NCBI GenBank assembly: GCA_964582905.1
Contig: CAZOTY010000001.1
Location: 15,954-79,953 of the forward strand
Source of the DNA: an uncultured Spirochaetaceae bacterium
Lineage (GTDB): Bacteria > Spirochaetota > Spirochaetia > Sphaerochaetales > Sphaerochaetaceae
Direction of reading: 5' to 3'
DNA length: 64,000 nt
Shown piece after piece: positions 8,774 to 17,610 of this stretch. Both the position numbers and the translations under genes were made by a program. A model generated the notes under the pieces. It did no database searches. It saw only the letters and a list, made by a program, of their open reading frames with translations, and was not told where the DNA came from. Within the stretch, counting starts at the first letter, position 1; each line of letters opens with the position of its first letter.

Positions 8774-10246
8774 ATGCAGAAAATAATAGCTAAGGAAAAA
8801 ATCAGGCTTTTATATAAGAAGGAAGATTCCTGCCAGTCCATATTCTATTATGTTTACCCTTTTGATGTTCCTGAAAATACAAAAGCTATAAAGCTGGACA
8901 TCAAAAGGGTAACTTTATACGAAACACAGCTTCCGATTATTGTTTTTGACAATGCCAAAGTCCCCCGTCTTTTAAAAGCCAGTGAGGGAGCTAAGGGGGA
9001 ATATAAGGAAGAATACATAATATCTGATAAAGAAAGTTCTGACGGGGTTATTGACGATGAGATCCAGGGTGGCAGGTGGTATCTTGTAATATATAAAAGA
9101 AGGTTTTCAGAGGATATCGACCTTGAGTTTGAAATTTCAGTTACTGAGGGAAAGACTGAAAGGCCTCAAAAGGATATTTTCGCTTTCCAGGACAGGGTGG
9201 TAAATAGCAGTCCGGGCTGGTATTCTGGAGAGCTTCATACACATTCAGATCAGAGTACCGGACGTACAAGTGTTGAGGAAGTTGTAAAAAAAGCCTCAGA
9301 AGTCGGATATGACTTTATCGCACTAACTGATCACTTTACACTCTCTCATCTGGCAAAACTCTCTGCTTTGGAAGATAAGTATAAAATCCTTCTATTTGCT
9401 TCGGTAGAGATTTCCTCAGACAGGGGACATGCGAATCTTCATGGAGTGAGAGATTTTATTAACCCCCTGGTTGATGAGAGTGAGTTTTTAGAGGAAAAGC
9501 TTGGTCTTGCTGAAAAGCCATCAATGACCAGTCTTTCTCAGTATATTCACTCAAAAGGTGGTCTTATTTCTATAAACCATGCAGAAAGCGGTCTTGTTGG
9601 TTGGCGACACCATGATTTTGACTTCAGTAATGCTGATTTGTTTGAAGCCTGGTGTCTTGCTGAGAATAAAGTCACATTTTTGTATCCTACGCTTTGGGCT
9701 TCATACCTGAGTGACGGCTATCACCTGACAGCAGTTGGTTCATCTGATAGTCATCATCCAAGAAAGAAGGGTCCCTGGGAATTAGGACAAATCCGAAATT
9801 ATGTAAAAGCAGAGGAACTATCTGAAAAGGCGATCATCAAAGGTTTGAAAGATGGAAAGTGCTATGTGGCCCTCGGAGAATCAAAGATGAGTTTTACTGC
9901 CAGTTATAAGGGACGGCAGTACGATATGGGGGAGACTGTTTTCTTTGATGGAGGGAAAATAACTTTCAGCATTTCTATATGGGATAATCCGACCGGAAAT
10001 GTTTTCATATACTTGGGAAAGCAGATTGACGATGTGTTCTACGTCGATAAAAAAGATTATAAAACAGAGTTCAGCCTTGGAGAAAAAGAGCTGGCTTTTA
10101 TGAAGAACAAAGAGAGTTTTATAAGGTTTGAGTTCCATGAGGATCTTGAAAAATCCCGCTTCTTCGCAATGGCATACAGAAGTCCGGAGAGCATGAGACT
10201 CTTATCAAATCCTATATGGATAAGGAGTGAATATGAAGGTAAATAG
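8774..10246 (+). CDS. CehA/McbA-type PHP-domain metal-dependent phosphoesterase with N-terminal beta-sandwich region
   Basis: 490 aa. PHP signature WYSGELHTHSDQSTG, then ALTDH, HANLHG, INHA and SSDSHH metal-ligand-like motifs. Confidence 0.65.
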   Translation: MQKIIAKEKIRLLYKKEDSCQSIFYYVYPFDVPENTKAIKLDIKRVTLYETQLPIIVFDNAKVPRLLKASEGAKGEYKEEYIISDKESSDGVIDDEIQGGRWYLVIYKRRFSEDIDLEFEISVTEGKTERPQKDIFAFQDRVVNSSPGWYSGELHTHSDQSTGRTSVEEVVKKASEVGYDFIALTDHFTLSHLAKLSALEDKYKILLFASVEISSDRGHANLHGVRDFINPLVDESEFLEEKLGLAEKPSMTSLSQYIHSKGGLISINHAESGLVGWRHHDFDFSNADLFEAWCLAENKVTFLYPTLWASYLSDGYHLTAVGSSDSHHPRKKGPWELGQIRNYVKAEELSEKAIIKGLKDGKCYVALGESKMSFTASYKGRQYDMGETVFFDGGKITFSISIWDNPTGNVFIYLGKQIDDVFYVDKKDYKTEFSLGEKELAFMKNKESFIRFEFHEDLEKSRFFAMAYRSPESMRLLSNPIWIRSEYEGK

Positions 10247-10808
10247 TATTTGTGTATATACAGGCTCAAGTTTTCCGTCAGATCCTGATTATCTGGATGA
10301 AGCTATAAAACTTGGCAAAGAGATTGCACGTCGTGGCTACCGTCTTGTCTATGGAGGTGGGAGCCGTGGTCTCATGGGGGAAATAGCCAGAAGTGCAAAG
10401 GAAAACGGATCCTATGTAATTGGGGTATCCCCCAAGAGGTTTTCAAAAGGCAAGGACAATCCTTTCCCTCTGGATGAGTATATTATCGTAGACAATATGC
10501 ATCAGAGAAAGAGGAGAATGTTCGATGAAGCTGATGCTTTTATCACATTTCCTGGAGGGTTGGGAACAATAGATGAATATGCAGAAACAGCAACTTGGAA
10601 ACAAATCGGTTTCTCTTCAAAACCAATTGTCTTATTGAATTTTAAAGGATACTATGACCCGCTTTTAGAGCAGTTTGATAAGATGGTGGAGCTTGGATTT
10701 CTGAAAAAGGAAACAAGGGACGATATAAAGAGTTTTAATACTATTGAGGAAGTCTTCGCCTATTTTGATACTTTCGAGCCATATGAGGCACCATATCAGT
10801 TAGTCTAG
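10233..10808 (+). CDS. LOG-family (TIGR00730) nucleotide 5'-monophosphate nucleosidase / phosphoribohydrolase
   Basis: Motifs YGGGSRGLMG and FPGGLGTIDE. ATG at 10233 with AAGGAG 5 nt upstream. The track start at 10227 is a GTG abutting the RBS. Confidence 0.85.
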   Translation: MKVNSICVYTGSSFPSDPDYLDEAIKLGKEIARRGYRLVYGGGSRGLMGEIARSAKENGSYVIGVSPKRFSKGKDNPFPLDEYIIVDNMHQRKRRMFDEADAFITFPGGLGTIDEYAETATWKQIGFSSKPIVLLNFKGYYDPLLEQFDKMVELGFLKKETRDDIKSFNTIEEVFAYFDTFEPYEAPYQLV

Positions 10809-11525
10809 CGATATACCAAGCACGGTATTTTTCATATTGGTAGAGAACTCATATTTTTCCGGATTGAAAACTGAATAATCTGTCTGAAAAGGGATTCCGC
10901 TTTCAGAGTAGCTTATGCTTCTGAACCATAAAAGCGGGGCTTTTAGAGGAAGGCTCAAAAGGGAGCACTCCTCGTCTGAACCTGTAAGGGCCCTTATTGT
11001 TCCGACCGTGTTGCTTACTTCCTGTCCTGTGAGTTTGTAGAATATGTCATAAAAAGACATGGACTCCAAGTCAAAACGGAGCATTCTCTCGCCATAATCC
11101 TTCTTCACATAAGTATTCATGATAGCAATAGGATAATCGTCTGCAAAACGCAGTCTTCTGAATAAATAGACATCTTCTTTTTCCCCGATATTAAGGGCTT
11201 TTGATATGAATGGTGTCGGTTTTACAATCTTCTTTTCAATCAGGCGGGATGTTACCTTTATTCCTTGCAGCTCCAAATTCCTTTTAAAACCATTAGGGGA
11301 GAAATCACTCCTGCTTTTGCTTTTTCCAACGAATGTTCCCTTTCCCTGTATGCGGTATATTTTTCCCTCCGCCTCAAGTATATCAAGAGCTTTACGGACA
11401 GTGATCCTGCTCACAGAATATGCTGAGCACAGTTCAGATTCAGTGGGCATGAGCTGACCCATTTCCCAGATACCCGAATTGATTTTATTTGTAATGTCAG
11501 AAATGATTCTCTCGTTTTTCTTCAC
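10800..11525 (-). CDS. GntR-family transcriptional regulator, HutC subfamily (wHTH plus UTRA domain)
   Basis: 241 aa. N-terminal MPTESELCSAYSVSRITVRKALDILEAEGKIYRIQGKGTFV is a classic GntR wHTH, and the C-terminal length is UTRA-like. Its 3' end overlaps the LOG gene 3' end by 9 nt (convergent). Confidence 0.85.
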   Translation of the reverse strand: MKKNERIISDITNKINSGIWEMGQLMPTESELCSAYSVSRITVRKALDILEAEGKIYRIQGKGTFVGKSKSRSDFSPNGFKRNLELQGIKVTSRLIEKKIVKPTPFISKALNIGEKEDVYLFRRLRFADDYPIAIMNTYVKKDYGERMLRFDLESMSFYDIFYKLTGQEVSNTVGTIRALTGSDEECSLLSLPLKAPLLWFRSISYSESGIPFQTDYSVFNPEKYEFSTNMKNTVLGISLD

Positions 11526-11657
11526 ATAAAAAGTATAGCATAAATAAGTTTTAATGAATTAAGTAAAGGCAGCAAAACTCAAATTTGACGTTAAATTTCC
11601 AAAAGTCAATTAACTCATTTTGATAAATTCAGTAACATTGATTAAGGAGTTATCTAA

Positions 11658-13163
11658 ATGGCCTATTACTTTGAAGATCTCAGCAGGACTTTCAGTGAGT
11701 ATCTTTTGATTCCCGGTTACTCATCCAGTGAATGTTTGGTATCAAACGTAAGTTTGAAAACCCCCCTAGTCAAGTACAGAAAAGGGGAAGAGGAGTGTCC
11801 CTTAACGCTCAATATTCCGATGGTTTCTGCAATCATGCAGTCAGTTTCCGGAGTTAATATGGGGATTGCACTTGCCAAGGAAGGGGGCGTTGCATTTATA
11901 TACGGAAGTCAGTCAATTGAAGATGAAGCTGAGAAGGTCAGGACTGTAAAAGCCAGCAAAGCAGGCTTTGTTGTCTCAGACTCAAATGTAAAACCCACTG
12001 ACACCCTGAAAGATGTACTTGAAGTAACCAAGAAGACAGGACATTCAACTGTAGCAGTTACCGATGACGGGACTAAAAATGGAAAGTTATTGGGTGTGGT
12101 TACCAGCCGAGATTACAGGGTTTCCCGCATGAAGGGGGACGAGAAGGTTGAAACTTTTATGACTCCGCTTGATAAGCTCATTTATGCTTATGAGGATACA
12201 ACACTCTCTGAAGCAAATGACATTATTTGGGAACATAAGATAAACCAGCTCCCTATAATCACAAAAGACGGACGCCTTTCTTCTTTTGTATTCAGAAAAG
12301 ACTATTCATCCCATAAGGAAAATCCATGTGAACTTCTTGATGGGCATAAAAGGTATATAGTTGGGGCAGGAATAAACACCAGAGACTATGAAGAGAGGGT
12401 ACCGGCTCTTATTGAAGCTGGTGTGGATGTTCTTTGTATTGATTCCTCAGAAGGCTTTTCTGAGTGGCAGGCAAGAACTCTTTCATGGATTAGGGCCAAC
12501 TATGGGGATAAGGTAAAGGTCGGAGCTGGAAATATAGTTGATAAGGAAGGTTTCCGTTTCCTTGCCGATAAGGGAGCTGACTTTATCAAAATCGGTATAG
12601 GTGGTGGTTCGATCTGTATAACCCGAGAAACAAAAGGTATAGGACGCGGTCAGGCAAGTGCAGTAATTGAAGTTGCTGCCGAGCGTGATAAATACTTTAA
12701 GGAAACCGGGGTCTATATTCCTATTTGTTCAGATGGTGGTATAGTTTATGACTATCATATGACGCTGGCTCTGGCTATGGGAGCAGACTTCCTGATGCTT
12801 GGAAGATATTTTGCCCGCTTTGATGAGTCTCCATCTGCAAAGGTAAATATCAATGGAAACTACCTTAAAGAGTACTGGGGAGAGGGCTCTGCAAGGGCAA
12901 GAAACTGGCAGCGCTATGACATGGGAGGAGATAAGAAACTATCCTTTGTGGAGGGAGTCGATTCCTACGTGCCATACGCAGGACCCCTAAAAGATAACGT
13001 TGCTCTTTCCTGCATGAAAATAAAGAGTACGATGTGTAACTGCGGATCCCTGAGCCTTGAAGAATTCAGGGAGAAGGCAAAGCTCACCGTTGTATCTTCA
13101 ACAAGTATAGTTGAGGGCGGAGCACATGATGTTATCCTCAAAAACAATGAACAGATAAAATAG
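11658..13163 (+). CDS. guaB: IMP dehydrogenase
   Basis: 501 aa. Catalytic loop [13 protein letters not shown], a CBS pair inserted in the TIM barrel, RBS AAGGAG. Confidence 0.9.
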   Translation: MAYYFEDLSRTFSEYLLIPGYSSSECLVSNVSLKTPLVKYRKGEEECPLTLNIPMVSAIMQSVSGVNMGIALAKEGGVAFIYGSQSIEDEAEKVRTVKASKAGFVVSDSNVKPTDTLKDVLEVTKKTGHSTVAVTDDGTKNGKLLGVVTSRDYRVSRMKGDEKVETFMTPLDKLIYAYEDTTLSEANDIIWEHKINQLPIITKDGRLSSFVFRKDYSSHKENPCELLDGHKRYIVGAGINTRDYEERVPALIEAGVDVLCIDSSEGFSEWQARTLSWIRANYGDKVKVGAGNIVDKEGFRFLADKGADFIKIGIGGGSICITRETKGIGRGQASAVIEVAAERDKYFKETGVYIPICSDGGIVYDYHMTLALAMGADFLMLGRYFARFDESPSAKVNINGNYLKEYWGEGSARARNWQRYDMGGDKKLSFVEGVDSYVPYAGPLKDNVALSCMKIKSTMCNCGSLSLEEFREKAKLTVVSSTSIVEGGAHDVILKNNEQIK

Positions 13164-13171
13164 ACAGCTTG

Positions 13172-13201
13172 CATCCCTTCCAGAAGGGATGAATTTTTTT
13201 C
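13172..13201 (+). terminator. Intrinsic terminator between guaB and the adenine deaminase gene
   Basis: Stem CATCCCTT/AAGGGATG (13172-13191) with a 4-nt loop, then AAUUUUUUU. The ade RBS (AAGGGAGG) begins only about 6 nt further on. Confidence 0.6.
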
Positions 13202-13220
13202 TTTTTAAGGGAGGATGAAA

Positions 13221-14960
13221 ATGACAAAAAAGGAAGATGTAAAGAGACTTATTGAAGTCGCAACCGGGAAAAGAAAAGCAGAACTCAAAATCGAAAATGC
13301 AAAAGTCATAGACGTTTTCAACAAGGAGGTTTTCTCCTCTTCGGTTGTCATTGATAATGGCTTTATTGTTTCTTTCTCAGATAAAATTGAAGCAGAGAAA
13401 ATATTTGATGCCAATGGTGAATATATGATTCCAGGCTTCATTGATGCACATTGCCATATTGAGTCTTCCCACCTGTCCCCATCAGCTTTTTCAGACACTA
13501 TTGTTCCTTTCGGCACCACAACTGTTATTGCCGATCCTCATGAGATTTGTAACGTAAGCGGGACAAAGGGTCTGGATTATCTGATTGAAGGAAGTAAAGA
13601 TCTTCCGCTGAGTATATTCCTTATGCTTCCATCCTGTGTACCTGCTACTCCTTTTGAGCATGCTGGTGCAACTCTCCTTGCCAAGGATTTTGAGCCGTAC
13701 ATCAAAAAAGAGAATGTTCTGGGTCTTGGAGAACTTATGAATGCTGTCGGAGTCATAAACGGAGATGAGAGTATCCTTGATAAGCTGGAGCTTATTTACA
13801 GGGAAAAGAAAGTATGTGACGGACATGCCCCTGGCCTTAAGGGTGAGGCTTTGGATGCATACATTGCAGCAAAGACAATCGCCGACCATGAGTGTGCAAC
13901 TGTTGAGGAAATGAGAGAAAAGATCAGACGTGGTATGTATGTAATGCTCCGTCAGGGGACAGTATGCAGAAACGTTAAAACACTTATAAAAGGAGTTGAT
14001 GATAAAAATTATTCACGCTGTGTATTCTGTACTGATGACAGACAGCCGGAGACTATAAAAGAGGACGGACATTTGAATCATGGTGTCAATATTGCAATAA
14101 AGGAAGGAGTGGATCCCATTATTGCAATTTCAATGGCTACCCTAAACGCGTCAGTGCTTTTTAATCTTGATGACAGGGGTGCAATTTCCCCTGGACGCCG
14201 TGCCGATTTCTTCTTCTCAAAAAGTCTTGATAAAATCGAAGCTACCAGGGTATTTTCCGGGGGAAAACTCGTAGCAGAAGATAAGAGAATACTATCTTCA
14301 TCACATAAAAAATCCTCACTTTCCCTTACTAAGTCCATCTCCATTAAGGATGGATATGAGGAGAAGCTCCGCCTGCGCCTCAAAAGTGATAACGTAAATG
14401 TTATAGAAATCGTACCGGGTGAGGTAATTACCAGAAAAGGGAAAGCAAAAGTTAGAAGAGATGAGGAGGGCTTTTGGGTTTATACACAGGGAGAGGATGT
14501 TCTGAAGTTATCTGTACTTGAACGACACCATAATACAGGATATGTTTCAAGTGCCCTGATAAAAGGGTATGGCTTGAAAACAGGAGCAGTGGCAACAACT
14601 ATTGCCCATGACTCACATAATGTTATTGTTGTTGGAAACAATGATAAGGATATTATTGCTGCTGTTGAGGAAATCAAAAGGATTGGCGGAGGAATAACAA
14701 TTGTCAAGGATGGTAAGGTTTTGATGTCTCATGTTCTGGAGCTTGGTGGCTTGATGACTGATTCCACTGGTGATGAAGTTGCATCCTGCATCAAGGAAAT
14801 GAAGAAGATTGCTTATGAAGAACTGGGAGTGAGCCGTAAAGTCGACCCTTTTATGACACTTTCTTTTATGGCACTTCCTGTTATTCCTGATCTGAAAATA
14901 ACTGATTCTGGCCTGTTTGATGTAACAAAGTTTACTTTTATTCCTGTAGAAGTAGAGTAG
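13221..14960 (+). CDS. ade: Adenine deaminase
   Basis: Metal-binding signature MIPGFIDAHCHIESS and full-length amidohydrolase architecture. Two in-frame ATGs (13215, 13221). 13221 has better spacing from GGGAGG. Confidence 0.85.
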   Translation: MTKKEDVKRLIEVATGKRKAELKIENAKVIDVFNKEVFSSSVVIDNGFIVSFSDKIEAEKIFDANGEYMIPGFIDAHCHIESSHLSPSAFSDTIVPFGTTTVIADPHEICNVSGTKGLDYLIEGSKDLPLSIFLMLPSCVPATPFEHAGATLLAKDFEPYIKKENVLGLGELMNAVGVINGDESILDKLELIYREKKVCDGHAPGLKGEALDAYIAAKTIADHECATVEEMREKIRRGMYVMLRQGTVCRNVKTLIKGVDDKNYSRCVFCTDDRQPETIKEDGHLNHGVNIAIKEGVDPIIAISMATLNASVLFNLDDRGAISPGRRADFFFSKSLDKIEATRVFSGGKLVAEDKRILSSSHKKSSLSLTKSISIKDGYEEKLRLRLKSDNVNVIEIVPGEVITRKGKAKVRRDEEGFWVYTQGEDVLKLSVLERHHNTGYVSSALIKGYGLKTGAVATTIAHDSHNVIVVGNNDKDIIAAVEEIKRIGGGITIVKDGKVLMSHVLELGGLMTDSTGDEVASCIKEMKKIAYEELGVSRKVDPFMTLSFMALPVIPDLKITDSGLFDVTKFTFIPVEVE

Positions 14961-15004
14961 CTGGAATATGTTCTGGTAGAATTCTTTAGAAAGTTGGAGA
15001 AAAT

Positions 15005-15592
15005 ATGAAAAAAACTGTACTGACATTGGTTATCGCCATAGCATTTTGCTCTTTTATTTCATCTAAGGGAGCCAATGAGGTAAATAGCGTGGGTAAAACA
15101 GGAGGTTTCAATCCCGAGCGGACCCTGGTTGTTTATTTCTCAGCAACAAACAATACCGAAAAAATTGCTGAAAAAATTAGTAAAGCAATAGGATGTGAAA
15201 TATTTGAAATAAATGCCAAAGTTCCTTATACAAATTCAGATTTGGACTGGCATGACAGTAGCAGCAGAACAACACTTGAGATGAATGACGAAAGTGCAAG
15301 ACCAGAAATGTCTTCCACATTAAAAAATATAGACGATTATGATGTTATTTTCCTCGGTTATCCTATTTGGTGGGGTGAGGCCCCGAGAATTATGAGAACC
15401 TTTTTGGAGAGCGGAGATTTTTCAGGAAAGACAATTATTCCGTTCTGTACTTCTTCAAGCAGCGGTATAGGGCAGAGTGATGTGCATCTTGCCCAGTCGG
15501 CAAAAGGCGCAACATGGAAGAAAGGAAAACGTTTCTCTTCAGGTTCTTCACAAAGTGAAATAGATTCATGGATATCCTCTATTGGTTTATAG
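15005..15592 (+). CDS. Flavodoxin-family protein with N-terminal signal peptide
   Basis: 195 aa. Hydrophobic leader MKKTVLTLVIAIAFCSFISS, then the flavodoxin FMN-loop region LVVYFSATNNTEKIAEKI and YPIWWGEAP. Confidence 0.7.
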   Translation: MKKTVLTLVIAIAFCSFISSKGANEVNSVGKTGGFNPERTLVVYFSATNNTEKIAEKISKAIGCEIFEINAKVPYTNSDLDWHDSSSRTTLEMNDESARPEMSSTLKNIDDYDVIFLGYPIWWGEAPRIMRTFLESGDFSGKTIIPFCTSSSSGIGQSDVHLAQSAKGATWKKGKRFSSGSSQSEIDSWISSIGL

Positions 15593-15601
15593 TTAATTAA
15601 A

Positions 15602-16663
15602 CTATTCTGGCAAAGTGGCAGACTTTGTTTCTGCCATTTTTTGTATTGCCTCAATATGCTCCTCTTTTATCTCATCTCTTAGCCAAGTGGGGGAAATTAC
15701 GGCGACGCTACTACCAAAAGATAAAATCCATTTCTTTATTCCTGAGACCGTGTGGGTTTTGACTTTCATAGTTACAGTCTCATCATCTTCCTCTGTTATG
15801 GAAACGGTTTCAGGCCAGTTTCGTTCCAGGGCAAAAAAGCCCTGAAAAGAATCAAACTTCAGTTCTGCCTCAAACTCAGCGCCATGACCGAAAGGACCAA
15901 AAGGATCATCAAAGAATTTCTTATAATCGACCCTGTCTGGAAGAGGAGCAGTTGGAGTATAGATCCTGGGTTTATTAAGGGCTCTTTCAAGACCAAATGT
16001 CCTGTATTCTCCATCTGGAAGCTTCTGGGCAGCAAGATAGTAACCTTCCTCGTATTTGAAAACTCCAAGTGGCAACAGAAAGTATTCTGTTTCCTTTCTT
16101 CTGACAGGTTTGTATTCTAAGCTGATACATTCATTGTTCTTTATGGCATCCAGAATGGATATTATTATTTTCTGGGTCTTTTTCGTTGTTATTTTCTTTG
16201 CTTCAAAGACACTCATAATCTGATAGTCATGCATATTCTTGAACATGTTCAGTTTCTTTTTAAGACTCTCTGAAGCATTTTTCATATTTGGTGCAATGTT
16301 ACTTTGGTTGAACATCAATGCAAGAAGAAGACCTTCCTCATCACTGAGGTTCATTCCGGGAAGAGTTAGGGTCCAGAGATTATCCTTAGGAATCCTGTAT
16401 ATTGTCTTTCTTCTGTCTTCCAGGCTTTTGTATTCCTCTATTCTAAGGCCTTTTCCGTCAGGTGAAAGCTCATCAAGGCGGTCAATCATATCGTGTACTG
16501 TCCACCTGTCGATGCCGGTTTTATTCGAAATTTCCGTTAAAGTTGCTCCTTCATCCCGTGCCATAAGCTTTATTATTTCAAGCGTCCGTTGGAAGTTTTC
16601 TATGTAACTCAGCTTCACTATCAAAAAATCCTTGAAAAACAATATATGTGGTCTGGTGCCCAC
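15602..16663 (-). CDS. WYL-domain transcriptional regulator (HTH - WYL - C-terminal extension)
   Basis: N-terminal HTH (RTLEIIKLMARDEGATLTEISNKTGIDRWTVHDMIDRL). Central WYL-like beta segment (ISLEYKPVRRKETEYFLLPLGVFKYEEGYYLAAQ). The true start may be an internal GTG/ATG near 16618-16560. Confidence 0.7.
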   Translation of the reverse strand: MGTRPHILFFKDFLIVKLSYIENFQRTLEIIKLMARDEGATLTEISNKTGIDRWTVHDMIDRLDELSPDGKGLRIEEYKSLEDRRKTIYRIPKDNLWTLTLPGMNLSDEEGLLLALMFNQSNIAPNMKNASESLKKKLNMFKNMHDYQIMSVFEAKKITTKKTQKIIISILDAIKNNECISLEYKPVRRKETEYFLLPLGVFKYEEGYYLAAQKLPDGEYRTFGLERALNKPRIYTPTAPLPDRVDYKKFFDDPFGPFGHGAEFEAELKFDSFQGFFALERNWPETVSITEEDDETVTMKVKTHTVSGIKKWILSFGSSVAVISPTWLRDEIKEEHIEAIQKMAETKSATLPE

Positions 16664-16701
16664 ATATACGATTTTACACTCTATCTAAGGAGATTGAAAT
16701 A

Positions 16702-17541
16702 ATGATTGAGAATAAAAGCTTGAGACCCAAGTACCTCAGTGAGAATCTGGAGGCAATATTGAAGGATGAGTATGAAGGAAACTATCTGACACTTTCATTT
16801 ACTACATCGGCCGTTCTGCGCCGTCTTGGACTGAATGACGGGAAAATTGTTATTCCTGTAAAAAAACTTTTAAAGGGACTTTTGCTTGATGGAACACAGC
16901 AAAGTGGACATCGGGACACAATAGACAAGAACCTTATAATAAGGACTTCTGAAGAAATCGGAGACCCGATTGTGGTTTTCCAGGGGCAGAAGGAAGATAC
17001 CCTTATCTGTGTTTATGATTTTCTTGACAGGTACGGGGAGGAGGATGTGCTGATGCTTGCTGCCATAACAAAGGACAAAACATCCATTACTGAAAGAAAT
17101 GTTGTTCTGACCATATTCGGAAAGCATAAGATTCCTCCTGTAAACAAAGTTATTTATTATGATGATGAGCGTCTGAATGCCCAGAACGGGAATCTTTCAA
17201 AGGCATTGAAGACAATACTCAGAAGGATAAACAGAATCAGTCCTTCCTTTGTACTGACAAAATCAAAATTATCTGAAGAACTTGAGTCAAACAGGATAAT
17301 CTACTCTGTGCTTACAATCTGTGACGAGCTGAAGAAGAGAAAGAATTCTTGCTCGCAAAAGAGGAGGGAGGTAACACTTGAAGAAATAGTGAGAAAACAG
17401 AATGAGGATCTGAACAGTTATTTTTTCAGGATAAACAGGGAGTATAGAAAGACAAAAGCCTATAGCTATGAAATGAAAGAAAAGTACAGGAGATTGAAAA
17501 GGAAAAGCCTGGAGTATTATGAGTATGGTTTGAATGCCTAA
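16702..17541 (+). CDS. Hypothetical protein: MuF-C-terminal-like alpha/beta domain plus strongly basic C-terminal tail
   Basis: ATG at 16702 preceded by AAGGAG. The track start 16648 overlaps the divergent WYL gene. The segment GDPIVVFQGQKEDTLICVYDFLDRYGEEDVLMLAAITKDK...NVVLTIFGKH follows the pattern I associate with the phage MuF C-terminal / polyvalent-protein domain. The last ~70 aa are K/R-rich. Confidence 0.4.
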   Translation: MIENKSLRPKYLSENLEAILKDEYEGNYLTLSFTTSAVLRRLGLNDGKIVIPVKKLLKGLLLDGTQQSGHRDTIDKNLIIRTSEEIGDPIVVFQGQKEDTLICVYDFLDRYGEEDVLMLAAITKDKTSITERNVVLTIFGKHKIPPVNKVIYYDDERLNAQNGNLSKALKTILRRINRISPSFVLTKSKLSEELESNRIIYSVLTICDELKKRKNSCSQKRREVTLEEIVRKQNEDLNSYFFRINREYRKTKAYSYEMKEKYRRLKRKSLEYYEYGLNA

Positions 17542-17562
17542 TTAATGATTGGGAAAAAGCTT

Positions 17563-17600
17563 GGCCGCCCTTTTCTGAGCGGCCTTTTCTGTTTGTTTTG
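17563..17600. terminator. Bidirectional intrinsic terminator between convergent genes
   Basis: GGCCGC/GCGGCC stem (17563-17584) followed by UUUUCUGUUUGUUUUG on plus. The minus-strand reading has CUUUUUCCC after the stem. Confidence 0.6.
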
Positions 17601-17610
17601 TTCTATTTGG

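Noticed and set aside
16648-16701. Extended starts of several track ORFs: 16648, 18846, 20818, 25347, 7453, 10227, 26947, 35825
   Set aside because: In each case an internal ATG with a good Shine-Dalgarno and a sensible N-terminus (signal peptide or conserved motif) exists. The extension either overlaps a neighbouring gene or RBS or adds junk residues.
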